Shown here: positions 9,040-16,964 of the stretch, piece after piece
Numbering within the stretch: the first letter of the stretch is position 1
Layout of the letters: each line of letters begins with the position of its first letter
From: a bacterium
GTDB lineage: Bacteria > Methylomirabilota > Methylomirabilia > CAVQYV01
Direction: 5' to 3'
Assembly: GCA_043800755.1 (NCBI GenBank)
Contig: JAZDMQ010000057.1
Location: 1 to 26,205, forward strand
Length of the DNA stretch: 26,205 bases
Made by a program: the position numbers and the translations under genes
Notes under the pieces: model-generated
What the model was told of the DNA's origin: nothing
The model's database searches: none
Seen by the model: the letters and a program-made list of their open reading frames with translations, nothing else

Positions 9040-9452
9040 AGATGCTATTGCTCCCCGGTAAGTTCCAGCAGGCGATGATTGCGCATGCCCGAATTACCTT
9101 CCCAAATGAGGCCTGCGGCATCCTGGCGGGGACCGAGGGGAAGTTGGAGGAGATCTACCGGGCTTCCAATCAGGAGGCAAGCCCGGTCCATTATCTGCTG
9201 GATCCGACCGAGCAATTCCGCATCTTCCAGGAGATCGAGGAGAGGGGCTGGAGGATGCGGGGGATCTACCATTCCCATGTAAAGGCGGCCGCCTTTCCCT
9301 CCCGGGAAGATATCGAGATGGCCTTTTATCCCGATGTGCTCTACCTCATCCTCTCCCTGCGCGATTGGCAGCACCCAGAGTTGAGAGGGTTCTGGATCCA
9401 GGGGGGAGAGGTACAGGAGGAGGGGGTGGAGGTCTTACAGGATGATACCTAA
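9036..9452 (+). CDS. JAMM/MPN+ (M67) metallopeptidase, Mec/CysO-cysteine peptidase-like
   Basis: PNEACG catalytic Glu and IYHSH...FPSRED zinc motif; GTGA overlap with the selD stop suggests translational coupling. Confidence 0.92.
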   Translation: MKMLLLPGKFQQAMIAHARITFPNEACGILAGTEGKLEEIYRASNQEASPVHYLLDPTEQFRIFQEIEERGWRMRGIYHSHVKAAAFPSREDIEMAFYPDVLYLILSLRDWQHPELRGFWIQGGEVQEEGVEVLQDDT

Positions 9453-9649
9453 GGGGAGGCCTCAAGATCGCTCGGAGGTGGGTCGGAAGGGAACTTTCCG
9501 CCGGAGGGGATTCAATGGAATGGCTTGCATGGCCCCTCTCTCAAAAACTGAAGCCCGGCGATGCCCTTTCCCTTCGTGACTCGGGGAACGCTCTGTAGTC
9601 CGATGCTCGCCCAGCTTCAAGTTGAGGACTGAACCTTATGTAAAGCGCT

Positions 9650-9698
9650 AAAAAAAAAGTGTTTTTGGCTTGACAAGGAAAAGGGGCTATGCTTAAAT
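9650..9698 (+). promoter_or_regulatory. Putative sigma70 promoter of etfBA with A/T-tract UP element
   Basis: A- and T-tracts, TTGACA 9670-9675, 17 nt, TGc-TTAAAT. Confidence 0.6.
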
Positions 9699-9742
9699 CA
9701 TTACTTGCCCCTATTTTCTTTAGTTGGGAGGTTAATTTTCGC

Positions 9743-10537
9743 TTGAAACTCGTGGTTTGCATTAAGTCCGTTCCTGATACTGCCTCTTCCATCCGCATCA
9801 AGCCGGACTCCCCCTCCGTCGATGGAGAGGGCCTCACCTTTGTGATGAATCCTTACGACGAATATGCGGTGGAAGAGGCCCTGCGTATCAAGGAGAAACA
9901 GGCCTCCGCCGAGATCACGGCGATCTCCCTGGGAGGGATTGCCGCAAAGGAGGCGCTGCGGACTGCCCTTTCCATGGGGGTCGATCAGGCAATCCACCTG
10001 ACTGACCCCAGTTTCGATGAATTGGATAGCCAAGGAATCGCGAGGATTCTGGCAAAGGCCGTTTCCAGCCTGGGATTCGATCTCATCCTGTGTGGGAAGC
10101 AGGCCGTGGACCTGGACTCTGCCCAGGTAGGTCCTGCCCTGGCCGAGATCCTGGATCTCCCTCAGATTGGGGTAGTCACCAAATTGGAATTCGATGGTCA
10201 AGGTCGTCACCTCCGTGGCCACCGCCAGATTGAGGGGGGGACCGAGATCGTTGAATGTCCCATCCCCTGCGTGATCACCGCGCAGAAGGGGTTGAATGAG
10301 CCAAGATACCCCTCCCTGAAGGGGATCCTAATGGCGAAGAAAAGAGAGATACCGGAATGGAACGGCTCCCAACTGAAGCTGGGAGAGGAAGAGGCAGCAG
10401 GGGGGCCCGGTAAGGTAAACATTATCTCTTTGAAGAACCCCCCCCTCAGGTCGCCTGGTCGGATCCTGCAAGGGGATAGTGAGCAAAAGGTTAAGGAGCT
10501 GGTGCAGCTTCTGCGGGAAGAGGCGAAGGTTTTTTGA
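9743..10537 (+). CDS. etfB: Electron transfer flavoprotein beta subunit
   Basis: KLVVCIKSVPD, MNPYDEYAVEEALR, DLILCGKQAVD, NEPRYPSL; TTG start after GGGAGG. Confidence 0.95.
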   Translation: MKLVVCIKSVPDTASSIRIKPDSPSVDGEGLTFVMNPYDEYAVEEALRIKEKQASAEITAISLGGIAAKEALRTALSMGVDQAIHLTDPSFDELDSQGIARILAKAVSSLGFDLILCGKQAVDLDSAQVGPALAEILDLPQIGVVTKLEFDGQGRHLRGHRQIEGGTEIVECPIPCVITAQKGLNEPRYPSLKGILMAKKREIPEWNGSQLKLGEEEAAGGPGKVNIISLKNPPLRSPGRILQGDSEQKVKELVQLLREEAKVF

Positions 10538-10574
10538 GGCGAAGGCCCCAGCATTAGTTGACAGGATAAAGGGC

Positions 10575-11570
10575 ATGGGTTCAGATATCTGGATCGTAGG
10601 GGAGCAGCGAGAAGGACATCTGCGGCGAATTACCCTGGAGCTTTTGAGCGAGGGGCGCCGTTTGGCAGATTTGACCCAGGGGAAGTTGTGGGCAGTGATG
10701 CTGGGGGAGGGCCTTTCCTGCCACACAGAGACCCTGACTCACTTCGGGGCGGATCGAGTCATCTTGTTGTCAGATCCCCGTTTCTCCTCTTATGAGGGAG
10801 GGGCTTATGCGCGAGCCCTGTCTATGCTCCTTTCCTCAAATCCCCCCGCGATCCTCTTGATGGGGGCTACCTCGTTGGGGAAGGACCTCGCGCCACGTTT
10901 GGCGGCCCGCATGGGTCTGGGTTTGGCATCGGACTGCATCTCTTTCGCCCTGGGAAAAGGTGCCGAGTTGACCGCTATTCGCCCCATCTATGCCGGCAAG
11001 GCCCTGGCGACCGTGAAATGGGAGGGGAGGAAGCCCTGGGTGGCCACATTGAGGCCCAATGTCACCTCCCTTCCCGAACCCGATCTTTCCCGATCTGCGG
11101 AGGTAGAGGAGCCCAAGCTGGAGTTGGGGCCAGAAGCCTGGAAGAGTAGGGTGCTTGAGGTGGTGCGGGACGCGACCGCCACCCTCGACTTGACTGAGGC
11201 GGAGATTATCGTCTCCGGGGGACGGGGCATGAAGGGACCTGAGAATTTTACGCTCCTGGAGGATCTGGCCAGGGTGTTAAATGGTGCAGTGGGGGCCTCG
11301 CGGGCCGCAGTGGATGCCGGCTGGAGAGGGCATCAGAGTCAAGTCGGACAGACCGGAAAGGTGGTTTCCCCCAAGCTCTATATTGCCTGTGGCATCTCCG
11401 GCTCGGTACAACACCTGGCCGGGATCTCTTCGGCGAAGTTCGTCGTGGCGATCAATAAGGATTCAGAAGCCCCGATCTTCAAGGTTGCCGATTACGGAAT
11501 CGTGGATGATCTCTTTACGACCATACCGCTGCTAACTCAGGAGTTTAAAAGGCTGCTCGACACTCATTGA
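10575..11570 (+). CDS. etfA: Electron transfer flavoprotein alpha subunit
   Basis: LTEAEIIVSGGRG, VGASRAAVDAGW, QVGQTGK, LYIACGISG, AINKD.EAPIF. Confidence 0.95.
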   Translation: MGSDIWIVGEQREGHLRRITLELLSEGRRLADLTQGKLWAVMLGEGLSCHTETLTHFGADRVILLSDPRFSSYEGGAYARALSMLLSSNPPAILLMGATSLGKDLAPRLAARMGLGLASDCISFALGKGAELTAIRPIYAGKALATVKWEGRKPWVATLRPNVTSLPEPDLSRSAEVEEPKLELGPEAWKSRVLEVVRDATATLDLTEAEIIVSGGRGMKGPENFTLLEDLARVLNGAVGASRAAVDAGWRGHQSQVGQTGKVVSPKLYIACGISGSVQHLAGISSAKFVVAINKDSEAPIFKVADYGIVDDLFTTIPLLTQEFKRLLDTH

Positions 11571-11948
11571 TCGGAATTTGATCGGGAATTTTTCCGTGAT
11601 AAGAGAATGGGCCTCTTACAAGCGAGGGAGTCATCGAGGTCTCCAGTGCGGGCCTCCGCCTGGAGAGGACGATTGCAGCCCGGTAAGCAATTCCCCCCGA
11701 TCAGACTACCCATCCAGGTTCTGTCCTGCAAGAAGATTTGCGGCTCTTTTCCCCTTCAATCTTTCCTTCCCCAGTTTATCTCTCCCATACATTTCCGGTA
11801 TTTCTCGAAAGAAACTTCATCCTTTGTACGGTGCTCCTCTTGTTTTTCCGCAGCACCGATCTGCGCTTACCACGCTCTGGTTTCGCGCTGGGGGCTAAGG
11901 GGAATCCGAGGGGCAGGTGGGGTATTGCCCCAAGAGGAGGGGGTTTTA

Positions 11949-13202
11949 TTGCCAAGAAGGAGAAGAGTGGTCATTACCGGTCTGGGGGTGATTGCCCCGA
12001 ATGGCATCGGCAAAGAGGCCTTTTGGAAGGCGATCACCGAAGGGAAGTCAGGAATCGGGCGGATTACGCGGTTCGATGCCAGCGAGTTTCCAAGCCAGAT
12101 TGCAGGAGAGGTCCGCGATTTCGATCCTTTGCAGTTTCTGGAGGCCAAAGAAGCCAGGAGGCTCGACCGCTTCTCCCAACTGGGGATTGTTGCCTCCTTC
12201 ATGGCGGTAAATGACGCGGGCCTCAGCCTGGAGAAGGAAGACCGGCACCGAATAGGGGTATTCCTCGGGGCGGCCGCTGCGGGGTTGGGATACGCCCAAG
12301 CCCAATATGATACCTTTCGAGAGAAGGGGTTTCGCCACATCAATCCTCACATCATTTACGCGGCTTTCAGCGACGCCTGTGCTGGGAGTATCTCCCTCAA
12401 ACTGGGGCTTAAGGGGCCAAGCACCACAGTTGCCGCTTCCTGTGCATCGGGCGCGGCCTCTATCGGGTTGGGCTTTCACGCGATCCGTAATGGAGAAGCG
12501 GACGCGGTTCTCGCGGGAGGGGCCGATGCCCCGATTACCTCCATGATCCTGGCGAGCTATTGTGCTGCCAATGCCCTTTCCACCCGCAACGGAGAGCCTC
12601 AAAAGGCCTCTCGCCCCTTTTGCATCGATCGGGATGGCTTTGTGCTGGCTGAAGGGGCAGGTATTCTGGTTTTAGAAGACCTGGATCGAGCCCATAAAAG
12701 GGGGGCGCACATCTACGCCGAGGTCTGCGGCTTTGGAATGACCTGCGATTCCTACCATATGACCCAATCTGCCCCAGAGGGGGAAGAGGCGGCAAGGGCC
12801 TTGCGACTCGCCCTGAGGGAGGCCCAGATAGATCCACGGGCGATTGATTATGTGAGTGCCCACGGCACCTCCACCCCGATCAATGACCGGGTGGAGACCA
12901 TGGTGATCAAGAAGGTCTTTGGCGATCATGCCTACAACCTGTCGGTGAGTTCCATCAAATCCATGATCGGCCACAGCCATGGGGGGTGTGGTGCCATTGA
13001 GACAATTTCCTGTGCCCTGGCGATCGAGAACCAGACGATCCCGCCTACCATCAATTACGACGCACCAGACCCAGAATGCGATCTGGATTATGTGCCCAAT
13101 CGTTGCCGTCCGGGCAGGGTCAATGTAGTCATGAAGAGCTCCTTCGGTTTCGGGGGCAAGAATGTGGCTCTGGTGGTGAAGAGTTTCAATGGCTCTTCAT
13201 AG
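11949..13202 (+). CDS. fabF: Beta-ketoacyl-ACP synthase II-like ketosynthase (stand-alone FabF paralog)
   Basis: RRVVITGLGVI; Cys-His-His triad in AASCASG, SAHGTST and IGHSHG; SRPF..DRDGFV; SFGFGG.N. TTG start after GAGGAGG is inferred. Confidence 0.88.
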   Translation: MPRRRRVVITGLGVIAPNGIGKEAFWKAITEGKSGIGRITRFDASEFPSQIAGEVRDFDPLQFLEAKEARRLDRFSQLGIVASFMAVNDAGLSLEKEDRHRIGVFLGAAAAGLGYAQAQYDTFREKGFRHINPHIIYAAFSDACAGSISLKLGLKGPSTTVAASCASGAASIGLGFHAIRNGEADAVLAGGADAPITSMILASYCAANALSTRNGEPQKASRPFCIDRDGFVLAEGAGILVLEDLDRAHKRGAHIYAEVCGFGMTCDSYHMTQSAPEGEEAARALRLALREAQIDPRAIDYVSAHGTSTPINDRVETMVIKKVFGDHAYNLSVSSIKSMIGHSHGGCGAIETISCALAIENQTIPPTINYDAPDPECDLDYVPNRCRPGRVNVVMKSSFGFGGKNVALVVKSFNGSS

Positions 13203-13290
13203 GTGGGGTGCGAGGGATGGATCGAAAGTGCTATCGACGCCACCGGCTGCAGGGTGATTCCACTAAGAGGTGGTAGGGGCGGGCTACCCA

Positions 13291-13449
13291 GTGCGGGCGG
13301 TAGTTGCAGGGGCTACAGGTTTTCTGGGCGGGTATCTACTGGAGGCCTTGATTGCCTCCGGCGTGGAGCCCGTGGCCCTGGTTCGTGAAGGGAGCGATCA
13401 TCGTCTGGTGAATCGCCTCGGGGTGGAGAAAAGATCCGGCGATGGGTGA
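13291..13449 (+). pseudogene. Truncated NAD-dependent epimerase/dehydratase (extended SDR), N-terminal 52 codons only
   Basis: GTG 13291: VRAVVAGATGFLGGYLLEALIASGVEPVALVREGSDHRLVNRLGVEKRSGDG*; Rossmann GATGFLG motif, stop just after the conserved GD. Confidence 0.8.
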
Positions 13450-13466
13450 GAGGCGGGAATAGGGAA

Positions 13467-13850
13467 ATGGCAGGACTCTTAAGGGCCTTACGGGTTTTGG
13501 GGCCCTCTCACCTCTGGAAATTGAACAAGGCCCAGATATTGAGAACTTCCGTCGGAGCAGTTTTCCCGACCAATTCGTCCAGGCTTTTTTCAGTGTGGCT
13601 TTTCTAAGGTGGTTTTCGCTAATGGCAACAACATCGTCTCCATCTTTGCTTGCCAGCACGACTTGGGCCCCCGACTCTTGAGGCTTATCGATGACCACCT
13701 GCGTGCTTGGAGGTTTCCAGAAAAAGATCGAGATCGTCGCACTTTGGGGAGTAGCAAGGAGAAGAGCTGTTCAAGACGGTAAGGAGGGTTTGTATTGTCC
13801 AAACTCAGGTAGGCTTCTTGCATGACTTGCAGGCCTCTTTCAAGAGGTGA
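13467..13850 (+). pseudogene. Frameshifted remnant, possibly the winged-helix N-terminus of a SAM-dependent methyltransferase
   Basis: Protein-like segments across shifting frames: MAGLLRALRVLGPSHLWKLNKAQ / QFVQAFFSVAFL / IFACQHDLGPRLLRLIDDHLRAWRFPEKDRDRRTLGS / GEELFKTVR...FLHDLQASFKR*. Family assignment is by recalled resemblance only. Confidence 0.35.
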
Positions 13851-13853
13851 GGA

Positions 13854-14420
13854 GTGAGCTTGTTTACCGCACTTTTTCTCGTATACTTTACGATTGTGGT
13901 CGTCGTTAAGGTACACGTCTTTCGTATGCAGGGGGATAAGTGCGGAACCCTTAAGGATAATTGGACCTTTCCCATCATCTATGCTTCTTACTTTTTGGCA
14001 GTGTGGGGTTCCCTTGCCGAATTCTTTTTCCTAAATCCGAGTATCATTTCCTGGGTTTCCCTGATGGGCTATTTGTTAGGGACAGCAGGAGTGGTGATAA
14101 CTCGGCGCTGCGTTTTGGCCCTTGGACGCTGGTGGAGCATAAGGATCGAGATGAAGGAGGACCATCAGGTGATAACGGAGGGGCCTTACCGGTTTTCGAG
14201 GCATCCCTACTATCTGGGCGCCTTATTGGAATTAGTGGGCCTCTGTCTGATTCTGAATTCCTTTCGGACTCTGCTGTATGTTGTTTTGGTTCACCTCCCC
14301 ATTTTGATAGCCCGCATTTCCTCGGAGGAAAGGGTTTTGATCGCTTTCCTGGGGAGTCGATACCTGGATTACAAGAAGAAGGTTGGAATCGTCCCGTTTT
14401 CTTTAGGGGGTGTGATTTGA
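13854..14420 (+). CDS. Isoprenylcysteine carboxyl methyltransferase (ICMT/Ste14)-family membrane methyltransferase
   Basis: Multiple TM helices; LGRWWS, HQVITEGPYRFSRHPYYLG, RISSEERVL motifs. Confidence 0.9.
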   Translation: MSLFTALFLVYFTIVVVVKVHVFRMQGDKCGTLKDNWTFPIIYASYFLAVWGSLAEFFFLNPSIISWVSLMGYLLGTAGVVITRRCVLALGRWWSIRIEMKEDHQVITEGPYRFSRHPYYLGALLELVGLCLILNSFRTLLYVVLVHLPILIARISSEERVLIAFLGSRYLDYKKKVGIVPFSLGGVI

Positions 14421-14444
14421 AATTACTGAAGATAGGAATAGTCT

Positions 14445-16904
14445 ATGAATGTCTATAGTCTTGGTGCACTTATAACCTCGATTACCAGCTTAGCTCTGGG
14501 AGTCTTCGCTTATGCCAAGAAACCAGAAAGCCGGGTCAATCGGTCTTTTTTGCAGGCGATGGTTGCCATATCCGTATGGAGTTTTGGTTACTTCGGTATG
14601 ACGACCGCTTCCCAGGAGCAGGTGGCAGTATGGTGGATTCGTTATATGCTCAACGTGGGGGCCATATTCACTCCTGTCCTTTTCCTCAACCATGTCTTCT
14701 CCCTCCTGGACTGGGGAAATGAGAGATGGAGGACTCTAATCCCTGCTTGGGTTGCCAGCTTGCTGTTCTTAGTCTTGAATTTTACTCCCTGGTTTTTTTC
14801 CGGGCCCTTTCCTTCTTTGGGTTTCCGGTTTTTTATTCACGCCGGTCCGGCTTATCCAGCATTTATAATCTATTTTCTCCTAGCGGCCGTCCATGGTCTC
14901 TATTTATTGCTAAAGGGATATCGCCAAGCCTCACGCTTGAAGAGAAATCAGCTAAGGTACTTCTTTTGGACTTGGTTGATAGGTTTTCTGGGGGGAGGAT
15001 CCACGTTTCTACCGACCATGGATATTGATATCCAGCCCTGGAGTATCTATTTGATCCCGATTTGCCTGACAGTTGAAACATATGCGATTGTGAAATATCG
15101 AAGCATGGATATCAACATCGTGCTTCGCCGGGGCATGGTCTATTCTATCCTGGTCTGCTCGCTCACTGCTTTATTTCTCATCTCTCTGATCAGCTTCGAG
15201 AAGCTCTTCCAGAGCTATGTCGGCTATTCCTCCATGGTGGGCACTGCGATTGCCGCTTTGATTCTGGCCATCGTATTTCAGCCCCTCAAAGACAAGGTCC
15301 AGTCCTGGGTCGATCGATTCTTTTTCAAGGGCGCCTACGATTATTACAACACCTTGAAAAAGACGAGTGAGGCGATGACCTCCATCCTGGATCTGGAGAA
15401 GCTGATCGATCATCTCCTATCTCCCATCACTGTGGATATGAAGGTCGAAGGCAGCTCGCTCCTCTTGAGGAATAGGGAGCGGACCGGCCCTTATTTGTCG
15501 ACCCATCGCTTTTTCGGTCGACAGGAGGAGGGCGAGCGACGTTCCCTTTTGCCCGAGGATTCGGCCATCGTCAGCAGGCTGAAACGGAGCCCCGGCGCGC
15601 TGATGCGCGAGGGGATCAAGGACCATCTCCCTCCCCAGGAGGCAGAGGAGATATCTCAGGAGATGTCCCAGTTGGAGGCTGACCTGGCGATTCCGGTGAT
15701 CTTGCAGAGCGAATTGCTGGCCATCCTGCTCCTGGGACCCAAGCTCTCCGGGGACCCATTTTCCGAGGAGGACCTGCAATTGCTCTCTACCCTGGCGAAC
15801 CAGGCAGCCGTGGCCATCAAGAATGCCCAGCTCTACGATGAGGTGGCAAGCATTAAAGAGTATTTGGAGAATATCCTTCGCAACCTGGAGAGTGGAGTCA
15901 TCACCGTGGATCAGGAGGGAAGGATTACCACCTTCAATCGAGCCGCCGAGAAGATGATCCAGTGGAAGGCCTCGGAGACCATGAGCCGAGATTGCCAGAT
16001 TCTGGAGCCCAAATTGGCCCAGCTCTTGCTTTCCACTCTGTCGAATCAAAAGGGCAGGTCGGGGGTGGAGATGACCCTTCACACCAAGGAGGGAAAGCCC
16101 CTCCCGGTGGGGGTCAGCACCTCCCTCCTGCAAAGCCAGCAGGGGAACCTGCTGGGCGCCATTGCCCTCTTCAGCGATCTGACGGAGGTGAAAGAGCTGG
16201 AGCGGGAGAAGTGGAAGGCAGAGAAGCTGGCCTATATCGGCACCCTTGCGGCGAGCATCGCCCACGAGATCAAAAACCCCTTGGTCTCGATCAAGACCTT
16301 GGCCCAACTGTTGCCCGAGCGGCACGGGGATGCGGAATTCCGTGATCACTTCTCTCACATCGCCCTGAAGGAGGTCGATCGCATTGACCTTTTGGTCTCC
16401 CAGATGTTAGATCTGAAGGGGGATTCCAGCCCCTCCCATTTCGAAAGCCTGCGCCTGGAAGAGATTATCGAGGAGATCCTCCTCCTCCTGTCCAACCAGA
16501 TCAAGAAGCAGCAGATCAGGTTAGAGAGGGAGTATTGTTCCTCCACCTCGTGCGTTTGGGGTGATCGTTTCCAACTGAAGCAGGCCTTCTGGAATGTCAT
16601 CCTCAACAGCGTGCAGGCGATGGAGCGGGGAGGAGTCCTCACCGTTTCCACCAGGCTTTCGGAGAACGGAACGGGATCTGAAGAGAAGATCGTTTTGAAG
16701 ATCTCCGATACCGGAAATGGCATCCCCGAGGATCATCTGGGGAAGATCTTTGATCTTTTCTTCACCACCAAGCAGGGAGGCACGGGATTGGGCCTTTCCA
16801 TATGCTATAAGATCGTCGCGGCACATCGAGGCAACATTCGCGCCGAGAGTCAATTGCAGCAAGGGACCTCCTTCTTCATTTCCTTGCCGGCTATCAGATC
16901 TTGA
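14445..16904 (+). CDS. Membrane sensor histidine kinase: N-terminal 7TM-type sensor, GAF, PAS, HisKA, HATPase
   Basis: About 280-aa multi-TM N-terminus; GAF (LGPKLSGDPFSEEDLQLLSTLANQAAVAIKNA); PAS (FNRAAE); H-box AHEIKNPL; intact N box (NVILNS), G1 DTGNGI and G2 GGTGLGL. Confidence 0.93.
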   Translation: MNVYSLGALITSITSLALGVFAYAKKPESRVNRSFLQAMVAISVWSFGYFGMTTASQEQVAVWWIRYMLNVGAIFTPVLFLNHVFSLLDWGNERWRTLIPAWVASLLFLVLNFTPWFFSGPFPSLGFRFFIHAGPAYPAFIIYFLLAAVHGLYLLLKGYRQASRLKRNQLRYFFWTWLIGFLGGGSTFLPTMDIDIQPWSIYLIPICLTVETYAIVKYRSMDINIVLRRGMVYSILVCSLTALFLISLISFEKLFQSYVGYSSMVGTAIAALILAIVFQPLKDKVQSWVDRFFFKGAYDYYNTLKKTSEAMTSILDLEKLIDHLLSPITVDMKVEGSSLLLRNRERTGPYLSTHRFFGRQEEGERRSLLPEDSAIVSRLKRSPGALMREGIKDHLPPQEAEEISQEMSQLEADLAIPVILQSELLAILLLGPKLSGDPFSEEDLQLLSTLANQAAVAIKNAQLYDEVASIKEYLENILRNLESGVITVDQEGRITTFNRAAEKMIQWKASETMSRDCQILEPKLAQLLLSTLSNQKGRSGVEMTLHTKEGKPLPVGVSTSLLQSQQGNLLGAIALFSDLTEVKELEREKWKAEKLAYIGTLAASIAHEIKNPLVSIKTLAQLLPERHGDAEFRDHFSHIALKEVDRIDLLVSQMLDLKGDSSPSHFESLRLEEIIEEILLLLSNQIKKQQIRLEREYCSSTSCVWGDRFQLKQAFWNVILNSVQAMERGGVLTVSTRLSENGTGSEEKIVLKISDTGNGIPEDHLGKIFDLFFTTKQGGTGLGLSICYKIVAAHRGNIRAESQLQQGTSFFISLPAIRS

Positions 16905-16964
16905 AGATGCATCGTGAGCGAATTTGATGTTTAAGAATCTCTATGGCGAAAAGGAGCAGACAAG

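Noticed and set aside
9607..9630. CTTCAAG near selD as a possible tRNA-Sec (selC) anticodon loop
   Set aside because: Flanks do not form a full anticodon stem, and there is no GTTCG T-arm or acceptor stem.
11607..11948. 114-codon N-terminal extension of FabF in the ORF track
   Set aside because: KS homology begins at RRVVITG, with an RBS and TTG at 11949; the extension translates a pyrimidine-rich, hairpin-rich leader.
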